The notes: a model not told the origin generated them from the letters alone. Numbered from the stretch's first letter, positions 10,498-19,568 are shown. The stretch is 64,000 nucleotides of DNA from an uncultured OCS116 cluster bacterium (GCA_902538185.1 CACBED010000001.1:34195-98194), one strand, 5' to 3'. Made by a program: numbers and translations.

Positions 10498-10947
10498 GTG
10501 GCTAGAGCTGAATTAGGGAGCAAACATACGTGTCTAAACTGTGGCGTAAAGTTTTACGATCTCAATAAGTTTGAAATAATTTGTCCTGCATGTGGTACAG
10601 AAGTCACGCTTACATCAGATGAGCCACAAGTTCCATTGCAAACCACGCAGACTCCTATTGTTACTGAGGTTATTGTTAAAGATGATGCGGAATTGGAGCA
10701 GGAAAAAGAACCATTGGACAACAATCTGGAAGGTGGTGCCATCGAAGATGATAATCCCATTATAATGGATGATGATGACATACTCGATGACGAATCTGAA
10801 GAAGAGCTTATAAATGAAAATGAAATTGATATCCCAGATATAGAAAATGAAGAATTGATCGAAGATGACGATAATGACTTTCTAGTTGAAGAGGACGAAA
10901 TTGAAGACTCGGATTTGATTATCACCCCAAAAAGTGATGATGAGTAA
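10498..10947 (+). CDS. TIGR02300 (FYDLN_acid) family protein: N-terminal zinc ribbon plus hyper-acidic tail; function unknown
   Basis: GTG start. N-terminus is CLNCGVKFYDLNKFEIICPACG (two CxxC pairs and the FYDLN motif). The C-terminal two-thirds is very rich in D/E. Confidence 0.7.
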   Translation: MARAELGSKHTCLNCGVKFYDLNKFEIICPACGTEVTLTSDEPQVPLQTTQTPIVTEVIVKDDAELEQEKEPLDNNLEGGAIEDDNPIIMDDDDILDDESEEELINENEIDIPDIENEELIEDDDNDFLVEEDEIEDSDLIITPKSDDE

Positions 10948-10975
10948 TACAACTTCACTTTAACGCGATCAGCAT

Positions 10976-11611
10976 ATGGAACCTGAATACTGGAAAAGAG
11001 CCCTCATTAAGCTCAAAAAAGAAGATGTAATCCTTAAATCAGTTATTGAACGAAATCAAAAAAATATCCTTAAATCAAGAAAAGACCCCTTTGGGACACT
11101 ACTAAAATCGATTGTTGGACAACAAATCTCAGTCAAAGCGGCGGAGAGTATCTATAAAAAGCTCTTGAAACTATTACAAGCAGATGTTTCTCCTAATATG
11201 CTTTTATCCATCGACAAACAAGCGCTAAGAGAAACTGGACTTTCACGTCAAAAAATAAATTATTTGTGCAATATATCAAAATATTTCATAGAAAATCCTA
11301 ATACTTCGACAAAAGAGTATTTTTTAGATGCTAATGATGAAACTATAAAGTCTAACCTTATTACCATTAAAGGTGTTGGCCCTTGGACAATAGAGATGTT
11401 CCTGATATTCTTTAAAATGAGTCCAGATATTCTACCACTTGGAGATATTGGGCTAATTAATGCCATAAAAAAAGTTTATAACCTAGATCATTTTGAGAAA
11501 ATCTATCAAATTGAAAAAATCAATCAAATATCAAATAAATGGCGCCCGTATCGGACTGTAGCAACATGGTATCTTTGGCAGGTAATAGATGATGAGCTAG
11601 TGGAATATTGA
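10976..11611 (+). CDS. DNA-3-methyladenine glycosylase II-like (HhH-GPD family)
   Basis: 211 aa with helix-hairpin-helix IKGVGPWTIEMFLIF followed by LPLGDIGL (candidate catalytic Asp). AlkA-like size and layout. Confidence 0.75.
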   Translation: MEPEYWKRALIKLKKEDVILKSVIERNQKNILKSRKDPFGTLLKSIVGQQISVKAAESIYKKLLKLLQADVSPNMLLSIDKQALRETGLSRQKINYLCNISKYFIENPNTSTKEYFLDANDETIKSNLITIKGVGPWTIEMFLIFFKMSPDILPLGDIGLINAIKKVYNLDHFEKIYQIEKINQISNKWRPYRTVATWYLWQVIDDELVEY

Positions 11612-12012
11612 TTAAAATCGAAAAAAATATTCAATACTTACTTTCCTTCTTTGTGATACTCATCCTTATTTTTTTTGCTGTAGTCAATTCAAAAACAATA
11701 TGTGATGATCTCGATGGCAAAAGTAGAAATGGAGTTCTATTTTTAAAAGAATCTAAGAAACCTTATACAGGGAGAAGCTTGTGTATCTGGGATATTAATA
11801 ATACCGTTTGGTATGAGGGTAATTATAAAGATGGGCTAAAAGAGGGCTTATGGACTTTCTACAATATTGACTCAACTAAAAAATCAGAAATAAATTATGA
11901 AAATGGAAAGATGCATGGTGTTAGACTAATTTATAACTCCAATAATCAAATAATGAAGCGAATGGAATGCAAAGAGAATATTTGTAAAACTGTGAACCAA
12001 TCAATTGATTAA
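11608..12012 (+). CDS. Exported or membrane-anchored MORN-variant repeat protein (YwqK-like); function unknown
   Basis: 134 aa with an N-terminal hydrophobic segment (LLSFFVILILIFFAVV) and repeats of the type YEGNYKDGLKEGLWTFY / INYENGKMHG. Confidence 0.5.
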   Translation: MIKIEKNIQYLLSFFVILILIFFAVVNSKTICDDLDGKSRNGVLFLKESKKPYTGRSLCIWDINNTVWYEGNYKDGLKEGLWTFYNIDSTKKSEINYENGKMHGVRLIYNSNNQIMKRMECKENICKTVNQSID

Positions 12013-12063
12013 AATAAACTGTACGTATATGATACCATAAGGTTCAAATATGCTGAGGAGAGG

Positions 12064-13542
12064 ATGAGTCAGAAAATAATAAATTATCAAATGATCATAG
12101 ATGGCAAGTATACTAATAGCATAACAGAAAAGACAATTGAAATTGAGTGTCCTGCAAACAAGAGGATATTTGCTACTGTTCCACGGGGTAATGAGGCTGA
12201 TGTTGATATCGCCGTAAAATCGTCTCTGAAAGCATTCAGATCCTGGTCAAAAGTAATGCCTAAAGAGAGAGGAAAAATACTTCTCCAGATAGCTGATGCC
12301 ATAGAAATTGAAAAAGAAGATATTGCAAAAATTATTGCAACTGAAACTGGAAATGCAATAAAGACCCAAGCAAGGCCAGAAATTAATCTTGTGGTTGATA
12401 TATTTAGATATTTTGGTGGATTATCCTCTGAATTGAAAGGTGAAACCATCCCACTTGGAGAACATGTGTTGAGTTATACCAGGCGTGAACCCTTAGGTGT
12501 AGTCGGTGCAATAATTCCTTGGAATGCTCCTGTCATGCTAGGTGCATGCAAAATTGCACCCGCATTATGTGCAGGCAATACAATTGTAATGAAGGCCGCT
12601 GAAGATGCCCCGTTGGCAATTCTAAAAGTTGCTGAGATTTGCCAAAAATTCATACCACCGGGTGTACTGAACCTTCTAACAGGAACCGGTCCTGAATGTG
12701 GTGAGCCGCTCGCATATCACCCTGAAATAAATAAATTATCCTTCACGGGATCAACGGGAGTTGGAAAGCTAGTAATGAGGGCGGCTGCGGAGAGGATACT
12801 GCCAGTATCTCTTGAGCTCGGAGGAAAAAGTCCTTCAATAGTTTATCCTGATGTAAATGAAGATTGGACAGTTGATGGAATTATTGGCGCCATGAGATTT
12901 ACAAGGCAAAGCCAATCTTGCACAGCAGGCTCAAGATTATTCCTACACAAAAAAATATTTGATAGCTTTATTGATAAATTATCAGAAAAACTTGATAAAC
13001 TAATCATCGGTAATCCACTCGATGATAATACTGATATAGGCACTATCATAAATAACAAACAATTTACAAAAGTTTGTGACTATATTTCAGACGGTTTAAA
13101 TAATAAAAATACAGAAGTTATTTGTGGAGGTCTGCCTCCTGAAGATGGCCCCCTTAGCGAAGGATATTATACAATACCAACCATCTTCAGAAATAAATCA
13201 AATGAATGGCGTCTTGCAAAGGAAGAAATTTTTGGTCCCGTCCTTGTTGCGATCCCATGGGATGAAGAAGAAGAAGTCATAAGAATGGCAAATCAGAGCC
13301 ACTATGGCTTAGCAGCATATGTTTGGACTCGTGATATTACAAGAGGCATAAATGCTGCTCATGCAATTGAATCTGGCTGGGTACAGGTTAATCAAGGCCT
13401 GGCGCAAGCCCCTGGACATTCATATGGTGGATTTAAACAATCGGGTATTGGCCGTGAATTTTCACTTGAAGGTATGCTCGATAGCTTCACTCAAAGAAAA
13501 AATATTAGTATAAACCTAAATACTCCATCAAAAGAAATCTAA
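12064..13542 (+). CDS. NAD(P)-dependent aldehyde dehydrogenase
   Basis: 492 aa with ALDH motifs ELGGKSP, catalytic Cys context QSCTAGSRLF and EEIFGPV. A strong GAGGAGAGG lies upstream of the ATG. Confidence 0.88.
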   Translation: MSQKIINYQMIIDGKYTNSITEKTIEIECPANKRIFATVPRGNEADVDIAVKSSLKAFRSWSKVMPKERGKILLQIADAIEIEKEDIAKIIATETGNAIKTQARPEINLVVDIFRYFGGLSSELKGETIPLGEHVLSYTRREPLGVVGAIIPWNAPVMLGACKIAPALCAGNTIVMKAAEDAPLAILKVAEICQKFIPPGVLNLLTGTGPECGEPLAYHPEINKLSFTGSTGVGKLVMRAAAERILPVSLELGGKSPSIVYPDVNEDWTVDGIIGAMRFTRQSQSCTAGSRLFLHKKIFDSFIDKLSEKLDKLIIGNPLDDNTDIGTIINNKQFTKVCDYISDGLNNKNTEVICGGLPPEDGPLSEGYYTIPTIFRNKSNEWRLAKEEIFGPVLVAIPWDEEEEVIRMANQSHYGLAAYVWTRDITRGINAAHAIESGWVQVNQGLAQAPGHSYGGFKQSGIGREFSLEGMLDSFTQRKNISINLNTPSKEI

Positions 13543-13544
13543 AA

Positions 13545-14342
13545 ATGCTCACTCTTTTTCATTACGACAGAACCAGTGCAGCTCAGAGGGTACGTCTTTG
13601 TCTCGAAGAAAAATCTATTCCATGGGAAAGCATAATTGTAGATACCGCGCTGGGAGATATTGATCAGCTTCCAAAAAATTTTTATGAGCTAAACCCCAAA
13701 GGGCTTGTCCCAGTGATTATTGATGATAACTTTGCAATACCCGAGTCTTTAGTAATTATCGAATACCTTGAGGAAAGATATGGTGGAGATCCGAAATTAA
13801 AACCATCTAGGCCAGAAGATCTCGCCCAAATGCGTCTTTGGATGCGTAAAATAGATGAAGGGATCCATGTTGCAAGTCGAACAATTGGCGTATGTCTCGT
13901 GAACAGGCACATCTATAAAAAGAAAGACCCAGGGCAGATTAAAAAATACTACAAAGAAATGAAAGACAAAGTTCGCAAAAAAAATGATCAAATAAATATT
14001 GAAATGGGGATGGAGTCACCTCTTCTTGAAGAGGCGATGATTGAATTCAAGTCACTATTTGTAGAAATGAATGAATATTTAGGTAAAAATACTTGGCTAG
14101 CTGGTGATAAGTACTCGTTAGCGGATATTGCATTTGTCGTTTATCTACACAGATTGGACTCCTTTATGATGAGACCTTTATGGAAGGATCTAAAAAATCT
14201 TGATAAGTGGTATGAAAAAATTAAAACAAGACCTGCATATAAAAAAGCAATATATGATTGGGGGGATGTAACTGCAGATCAAAGAGCTCAAAACGGTAAG
14301 GATGCATTCCCGAAAATAAAGGAATATTGGGATAAAGCTTAA
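13545..14342 (+). CDS. Glutathione S-transferase family protein
   Basis: 265 aa with an N-terminal thioredoxin-like GST domain (LNPKGLVPVII..IPESLVIIEYLEERY) and a helical C-domain. Lies 2 nt after the ALDH gene. Confidence 0.8.
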   Translation: MLTLFHYDRTSAAQRVRLCLEEKSIPWESIIVDTALGDIDQLPKNFYELNPKGLVPVIIDDNFAIPESLVIIEYLEERYGGDPKLKPSRPEDLAQMRLWMRKIDEGIHVASRTIGVCLVNRHIYKKKDPGQIKKYYKEMKDKVRKKNDQINIEMGMESPLLEEAMIEFKSLFVEMNEYLGKNTWLAGDKYSLADIAFVVYLHRLDSFMMRPLWKDLKNLDKWYEKIKTRPAYKKAIYDWGDVTADQRAQNGKDAFPKIKEYWDKA

Positions 14343-14348
14343 TAATAG

Positions 14349-15326
14349 CTAGGATATTAGTATGTGATCGCCCAAATGAGAGCCACTTAGATAAGCGGCT
14401 TCAATCCTTCCTTGAACAAACCAGTCTCCGCAAAGACCAAATTTATTACCTCTATCCAAAAAGAATTCAAGATTATTTTGTTTTTTTATATTTGCATAAC
14501 GCCATCCCTGTAATCCAATATAATTCGCATTTCCCGCTTTTATTGGAACTAAATTTGATAATTCATTATAGAGATAACCCTTAACCCAATCCCTATCATT
14601 ATCTATATTTTGAGACGCCCATTTGTTGGTTGAGTGTATAAGAAAAGTTGTATTATTAACGTTTGAGTGCTTCGATGAATTTACCGATAGCCAGCTAATA
14701 TCTGCTCCCTTTATTAGTGCGGCATCAAACCCTATATCTATTTTTTTCTCGTACCCCAGCATGAGCGAATAACATGCGAGCATCTCGTAACGACTAATTT
14801 CGCTATATAAATTAACAACATCAGGGATCATATCTATTGCTTGTTTGGGCGGTATTGCAGAAACTACCCAATCAAACTCACCAATATTATTATTTGTTTC
14901 ATCATATAGTATCCATTTTTTACCTTTTAATACATTTCCCACTTTTTCTGATAATCTAACATTTAGGCCGTCTGCCATATATTTGCCAATAGCATTCATG
15001 GATGGTATTCCAACATAATTTGATGGATCTTCCCCCCAAATACGGTCATTTGTAATTTTACCATTATCAATTTCAACAAACCGTGCCCTCCAAACATCAA
15101 TTATATCCTGATCAATCATGGGTTTAATGTAATTACTAAATTCTTCTGTTTTTGCTTTGAAAAACTGAGCCCCATGATCAAATATAAATTCACCAGATCT
15201 TCTTGTCGCAACACGGCCTCCATAGCCGCGTGATTTTTCAAATATAACGACTTCAAAATGGTTTTTTAACTTATTAGCAAGGGCTAGGCCAGATATACCA
15301 GCACCTATAATGGCGACTTTATCCAT
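14349..15326 (-). CDS. NAD/FAD-dependent oxidoreductase (renalase-like, COG3380-type)
   Basis: 325 aa with Rossmann dinucleotide motif VAIIGAGISGLALA...FEKSRGYGGR. Confidence 0.7.
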   Translation of the reverse strand: MDKVAIIGAGISGLALANKLKNHFEVVIFEKSRGYGGRVATRRSGEFIFDHGAQFFKAKTEEFSNYIKPMIDQDIIDVWRARFVEIDNGKITNDRIWGEDPSNYVGIPSMNAIGKYMADGLNVRLSEKVGNVLKGKKWILYDETNNNIGEFDWVVSAIPPKQAIDMIPDVVNLYSEISRYEMLACYSLMLGYEKKIDIGFDAALIKGADISWLSVNSSKHSNVNNTTFLIHSTNKWASQNIDNDRDWVKGYLYNELSNLVPIKAGNANYIGLQGWRYANIKKQNNLEFFLDRGNKFGLCGDWFVQGRIEAAYLSGSHLGDHILIS

Positions 15327-15359
15327 TGGATTACCAGATTTATTTATCTTCTTGTTATC

Positions 15360-15797
15360 CTAGAGGCTAGCTAGGAGCGCTTCGAGCTTTTTCTTACTTT
15401 TTCCAACAACTCTAGTTGATGCAATATCATCGATATTTGATAGATCCCCATCCACAATGACCAATGCGATCATACCCATGCTCTTGTGAGGTGAACATTG
15501 ATATAAATATACACCCGGTTCATCGAAAGTATAACTAAATTCTTTATTTACCTTAGACGGTTTCTTTGGAAGTTCTGCACTTTCTGGGGCGCCAATGAAC
15601 TCTACGTTGTGTCCAGGCGAAGTAGTTAGCCAATTAACTGTATCATTAAGTTCAACATATAAAATATCTTCAGAGTAAACCATCTTCTCTCCATCATCTC
15701 TTTTATTTAACATATCGACATCATATGTTGCGGAGATCGCGTTATTGTGTGTAAAAAGAAGGGCGATTAAAGTAAAAAGAAGTGTAAGCTTATTCAT
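15360..15797 (-). CDS. Pseudoazurin (type 1 blue copper protein), exported
   Basis: 145 aa with a signal peptide (LTLLFTLIALLFTHNNAISA). Reads MLNK...GHNVE...YQCSPHKSMGMIALVIV, giving the His/Cys/His/Met copper ligand pattern with pseudoazurin spacing. Confidence 0.85.
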   Translation of the reverse strand: MNKLTLLFTLIALLFTHNNAISATYDVDMLNKRDDGEKMVYSEDILYVELNDTVNWLTTSPGHNVEFIGAPESAELPKKPSKVNKEFSYTFDEPGVYLYQCSPHKSMGMIALVIVDGDLSNIDDIASTRVVGKSKKKLEALLASL

Positions 15798-15871
15798 GTA
15801 ATTTGTCCTTATATCAAACGTTGATTACATTACGATTAAAATACTTTCAAAGTTTACATTTGATGTTAATC

Positions 15872-16525
15872 TTATGGTTTTTTGACTTTGATGGGTTTTT
15901 TTCTGTCAGGGTAACAAGTGTTGCAGATCTCGCAATCAATGCCGTAGCATGCTCTGGCCTGACAATATTCGCGTCCATAAAATATAATTTGTAGATGTAA
16001 TCTATTCCAATTTTCTTTTGGAAATAATCTTTTTAAATCTCTTTCTGTTTGAACAACACTTTTTCCATTTGTGAGGCCCCATCGTTGGGCTAGTCGGTGT
16101 ATGTGTGTATCAACTGGAAAAGCAGGGTGACCATGACCTTGAGACATTACAACGGATGCGGTCTTGTGGCCCACACCAGGTAAAATCTCCAATTCCTCAT
16201 AAGTATCCGGAATTTGACCGTTAAAATCACGGATGAGTATCTCGGACAGCTCCTTTATTGCAGCAGATTTTTGTGGTGCTAAGCCGCAGGGTCTTATTAT
16301 TTCATAAATTACGTTCAAATCTAAACGACTCATATCCTTTGCATTATTTGCTAATTGAAAGAGGCTAGGCGTAACTTGGTTCACTCTAACATCCGTACAT
16401 TGAGCGCTTAGCAGAACCGAAATAAGCAATTCAAATATATTTTTGTGGTCAAGTGGGATGGGGGGATCGGGATATATCCTATCCAATATTTTAATTATAT
16501 TTTTTACGCGTTCGGCTTTGATCAT
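15872..16525 (-). CDS. nth: Endonuclease III
   Basis: 217 aa with HhH-GPD motif LPGVGHKTASVV, VDTHIHR and a C-terminal Cys cluster for the 4Fe-4S loop. Confidence 0.92.
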   Translation of the reverse strand: MIKAERVKNIIKILDRIYPDPPIPLDHKNIFELLISVLLSAQCTDVRVNQVTPSLFQLANNAKDMSRLDLNVIYEIIRPCGLAPQKSAAIKELSEILIRDFNGQIPDTYEELEILPGVGHKTASVVMSQGHGHPAFPVDTHIHRLAQRWGLTNGKSVVQTERDLKRLFPKENWNRLHLQIIFYGREYCQARACYGIDCEICNTCYPDRKKPIKVKKP

Positions 16526-16593
16526 TTTTAATTTTATTTTTCTTTAATTCTAATATGATAAAAATATTACACAATCCTGATTGTTTTGGAATT

Positions 16594-17028
16594 ATGAAAA
16601 GACTGGTTTACGTAATAATTATTCTAATAATTTATACCTCTCTCTCGCATAGTAAAGAAGTTAATTGCCCTTCCCATAATGTGTATGTAATTGATGCTGA
16701 TACAATAAAACTATGCAATATGAAGATACGCTTAAATGGAATATCTGCTGCAGAAAGAGGTCATGTGACCTATAAATCTTGCAAAAAAAAAGTAGAAAAA
16801 ATTATTGCTGAGTCCGATACAATGTCATGCAAATTAACAGGTGATATGACCTACGACCGGCATGTAGGTATTTGCGCAGTAACAAAAAAAAATAAAACTG
16901 AAGATTTACAACAAAAAATAATTAAGAATGGTTGCGCAAGAGATTGTAGACGATACTCAAAAGGGAAGTATAAAATCTTCGAGACAGAGGCGTCAAGAGA
17001 ATTACCTCTTCCGAACTATTGTAAATGA
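16594..17028 (+). CDS. Exported Cys-rich staphylococcal-nuclease-like (SNase fold) protein
   Basis: The track ORF begins at 16555. The ATG at 16594 gives a signal-peptide-like N-terminus (MKRLVYVIIILIIYTSLSHS). VIDADTIKL...IRLNGISAAERG...DRHVGICAV...IIKNGCARD resembles the thermonuclease pattern VIDGDT..RLxGIDAPE..D(K/R)YGR..G.A. Confidence 0.55.
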   Translation: MKRLVYVIIILIIYTSLSHSKEVNCPSHNVYVIDADTIKLCNMKIRLNGISAAERGHVTYKSCKKKVEKIIAESDTMSCKLTGDMTYDRHVGICAVTKKNKTEDLQQKIIKNGCARDCRRYSKGKYKIFETEASRELPLPNYCK

Positions 17029-17112
17029 GATCTATTTTTTATTACAATTAAATTTTATCAAAAAAGGATTCTATATTTAATGATACTTATATTTATGTTA
17101 TTTTGCAGATAT

Positions 17113-17188
17113 GGGGCCATAGCTCAGTTGGGAGAGCGCTTCGCTGGCAGCGAAGAGGTCGGGGGTTCGAGCCCCCCTGGCTCCACCA
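17113..17188 (+). tRNA. tRNA-Ala (anticodon GGC)
   Basis: Folded by hand: acceptor GGGGCCA/TGGCTCC with the G3:U70 alanine identity pair, D arm GCTC-AGTTGGGA-GAGC, anticodon stem CTTCG/CGAAG with loop CTGGCAG (anticodon GGC), T arm GGGGG-TTCGAGC-CCCCC, and an encoded CCA. Confidence 0.93.
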
Positions 17189-17279
17189 TCATCATTTTTT
17201 TAAAATTTCAAAAATCTAATTTTGATAAACCAAATATAAGCAGTCTTTCAATCTATCCATAATTATGAGATAATTGTTT

Positions 17280-19031
17280 ATGTCTGACTCTATCCAAAAA
17301 TATCAAAATCTACTGTCTGTTTTTTGTGACCAAGCGAAGAAATATGGTGATGTGCCATATCTTTGGTCAAAAAATAATAAGCATTATCATTCCCTGAGTT
17401 GGAATGAAACATACCTTCAGGTTAAAAAATTGGCAAACTATCTAAAAAAGATAGGTATTAAAAATGAAGCCAGGGTGATGCTTGTCTCAGAAAACAGACC
17501 TGAATGGCAAATAAGTGACTTAGCCATCATGGCGGCTGATGGAATATCAGTTCCAGCTTACACAACAATTACCTCACAAGACTATGAATATTTAATAAGC
17601 CACTCCGAGGCAAGAGTAATAATTGTATCCTCTGAATTTTTATATTCAAAAATTGAGTTAGCTATAAATAAACTGAAAATAAAGCGGGATCTTATAATTA
17701 TCGATGATTTTGACCTGAAAAAAAATGATTTAATTATGATACACAAATGGGATGAAATTCAAAACATGCCCACTGATAATGATAGTGACCATGTATCCAA
17801 TCAGGCAATAAGAAAGAAAAGAAAAGATATTGCATGCATCATATATACATCAGGAACCTCTGGCTTCCCAAAGGGTGTGCTGTTAAGTCATGGGTCAATT
17901 CTTCATAATTGCGAAGGCGCCCATGAAATACTCGGACCGGAGCTAAATAATATTAATGATGTACTTTTTTTATCGTGGCTCCCATTGTCACATTCATATG
18001 AACACACCTTACAGTTTTATAATTTATTTTCTGGTAACCAGATTTACTATGCAGAAAGTCTAGACAAGCTACTTCAAAATCTTAGTGAGGTAAGGCCTCA
18101 CTTGATGTCTGCGGTGCCTCGGTTTTATGAGAGTCTCTTACAGAAGATTTCCCTACAAATGAGCAAAGAAAATAAAGTTAAGAAGAAATTATTTAACGAT
18201 ACAATCACATTAGGACGGAAATTATATGAGCAAGATAGGCTCTCACTTGGGAGTAAATTGTATAACAGAATTTTATCTCTTTTGGTTAGAAAAAAGATTG
18301 GAAATAGATTCGGGGGCAGATTGGTAGGGCTGATCTCAGGTGGGGCTGCTCTAAATTACGATGTTGGTATATCCTTATATTCTCTTGGTATTCCAATCTA
18401 CCAAGGATATGGGCAAACAGAGAGCGGGCCAGTAATATCTGTAAATTACCCAAAAAATAACAAGATCGATACCGTAGGTCGATTATTGCCCAATACTGAT
18501 ATAAAAATATCAGACGAGGGTGAGATTCTTGTCAAAGGTGAAAATGTAATGAATGGATATTTTAAAGACCCGATTGCAACAATAAATGCATTTTCAGAAG
18601 AATGGTTAAAAACTGGCGATATTGGGTTTTTTGATGAGGACAACTACTTAGTTATTACAGATCGTATGAAAGACATTATCGTAAATTCTGGTGGGGATAA
18701 TATTTCTCCCACAAAAATAGAGACTATGCTGGTGATGGAGCCTGGAATTAATCAGGCAATGGTATATGGAGATGGAGAAAAATACTTAGTTGCTATTATT
18801 GTTATTGATACAAGTTTTGTAGATAAGACCCAGCCAGCAAGAAAGATTATTGATGGGGCGCTGAAACGAGTTAACCATCAACTTTCAGCCATCGAGAAAG
18901 TAAAAAAATACATTATTGTTGATGAAGAATTTACGATAGAAAATGAAATGATGACCCCATCTATGAAAATAAAAAGATATAAGGTGCTTGAAAAATATGA
19001 AGAGGATTTGAGAGTGCTATATTCAACGTAA
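17280..19031 (+). CDS. Long-chain fatty-acid-CoA ligase (AMP-dependent synthetase/ligase)
   Basis: AMP-binding signature IIYTSGTSGFPKGV, plus GYGQTE and TGDIGFFDEDNYLVITDRMKD. The track start at 17274 is TTG; the ATG at 17280 is the more likely start. Confidence 0.85.
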   Translation: MSDSIQKYQNLLSVFCDQAKKYGDVPYLWSKNNKHYHSLSWNETYLQVKKLANYLKKIGIKNEARVMLVSENRPEWQISDLAIMAADGISVPAYTTITSQDYEYLISHSEARVIIVSSEFLYSKIELAINKLKIKRDLIIIDDFDLKKNDLIMIHKWDEIQNMPTDNDSDHVSNQAIRKKRKDIACIIYTSGTSGFPKGVLLSHGSILHNCEGAHEILGPELNNINDVLFLSWLPLSHSYEHTLQFYNLFSGNQIYYAESLDKLLQNLSEVRPHLMSAVPRFYESLLQKISLQMSKENKVKKKLFNDTITLGRKLYEQDRLSLGSKLYNRILSLLVRKKIGNRFGGRLVGLISGGAALNYDVGISLYSLGIPIYQGYGQTESGPVISVNYPKNNKIDTVGRLLPNTDIKISDEGEILVKGENVMNGYFKDPIATINAFSEEWLKTGDIGFFDEDNYLVITDRMKDIIVNSGGDNISPTKIETMLVMEPGINQAMVYGDGEKYLVAIIVIDTSFVDKTQPARKIIDGALKRVNHQLSAIEKVKKYIIVDEEFTIENEMMTPSMKIKRYKVLEKYEEDLRVLYST

Positions 19032-19034
19032 GAA

Positions 19035-19160
19035 TTACTTGTTATCCCTACAACGCTTTGAACAATATTTAACCTCATTCCAATTTAGTTTCCACTTCTT
19101 TCTCCAGCTAAAAGGTTTTTTACACCTAACACAAATTTTTTCAGGCAGATTTTTACTCAT
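19035..19160 (-). CDS. DUF2256-like 41-aa Cys4 peptide (not in the ORF track)
   Basis: My translation is MSKNLPEKICVRCKKPFSWRKKWKLNWNEVKYCSKRCRDNK*. The pattern C-x2-C...RKKW...W..V.YCS..CR matches my memory of the DUF2256 family. The start overlaps the upstream DCC stop as ATGAGTAA (8 nt). Confidence 0.6.
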   Translation of the reverse strand: MSKNLPEKICVRCKKPFSWRKKWKLNWNEVKYCSKRCRDNK

Positions 19161-19512
19161 TAATTTGTTTTCGATTTTTTAAATATAAAAAGAAAGCCAT
19201 CGCTTCATATAAATAGGTTGCAAAAAAATATATGACTTTGTAATCAAGCAATTTTGCAAGAAATTTATACCTATCAATCTTGGACCAAATTAACTTAAAT
19301 GCATCAACGCCAACATAAACCTTATCCCCTTCACATACATGGAGTTTTCTAATTAATTTAGATTTATCAATTGAGTCCAATTTCACTGGTAAATCTTGAT
19401 GCAAATCAAAATATTGAATCGTATCTGTATTTTGTTTTTTATAGTGATTAATTTCGAACCTACAGATCGAGCATGAGTTATTATAAATTACTTGAATGGT
19501 AGGCTTTTTCAT
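19153..19512 (-). CDS. Thiol-disulfide oxidoreductase DCC family (DUF393)
   Basis: MKKPTIQVIYNNSCSICRFEINHYKK carries the N-terminal CxxC typical of DCC proteins. The track start at 19560 is a TTG inside the hairpin downstream of proteorhodopsin, so I prefer the ATG at 19512. Confidence 0.7.
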   Translation of the reverse strand: MKKPTIQVIYNNSCSICRFEINHYKKQNTDTIQYFDLHQDLPVKLDSIDKSKLIRKLHVCEGDKVYVGVDAFKLIWSKIDRYKFLAKLLDYKVIYFFATYLYEAMAFFLYLKNRKQINE

Positions 19513-19539
19513 AAGAAGGAAGTTTAGGGGGTTATAAGT

Positions 19540-19568
19540 GTTGGTGGTTGTACTAGACAACCACCAAC
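19540..19568 (-). terminator. Perfect 12-bp stem / 5-nt loop hairpin 6 nt after the proteorhodopsin tandem stop codons
   Basis: Plus strand reads GTTGGTGGTTGT-ACTAG-ACAACCACCAAC (19540-19551 / 19552-19556 / 19557-19568). PR ends with TAATAA (19572-19577). No U-tract follows immediately on the mRNA strand (ACUUAUAACCCCC), so it may be a partial terminator or a 3' stabiliser rather than a canonical intrinsic terminator. Confidence 0.5.

Noticed and set aside
10554-10958. 134-aa Ser-rich ORF antisense to the acidic TIGR02300 gene
   Set aside because: It is the complement of GAn/GAT-rich acidic codons, which read as Ser/Ile-rich low complexity. It has no RBS and overlaps a gene with a recognisable family motif, so it is an ORF-finder artefact.
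17080-17262. 60-aa ORF spanning the tRNA-Ala gene
   Set aside because: The sequence folds into a canonical tRNA. The ORF merely reads through the tRNA.
19513-19560. 16-codon N-terminal extension of the DCC ORF (track start at 19560)
   Set aside because: The start is a TTG inside the 5' arm of the 12-bp hairpin, and the extension (SSTTTNTYNPLNFLL) is simply the hairpin and spacer translated. The ATG at 19512 gives a family-typical N-terminus.
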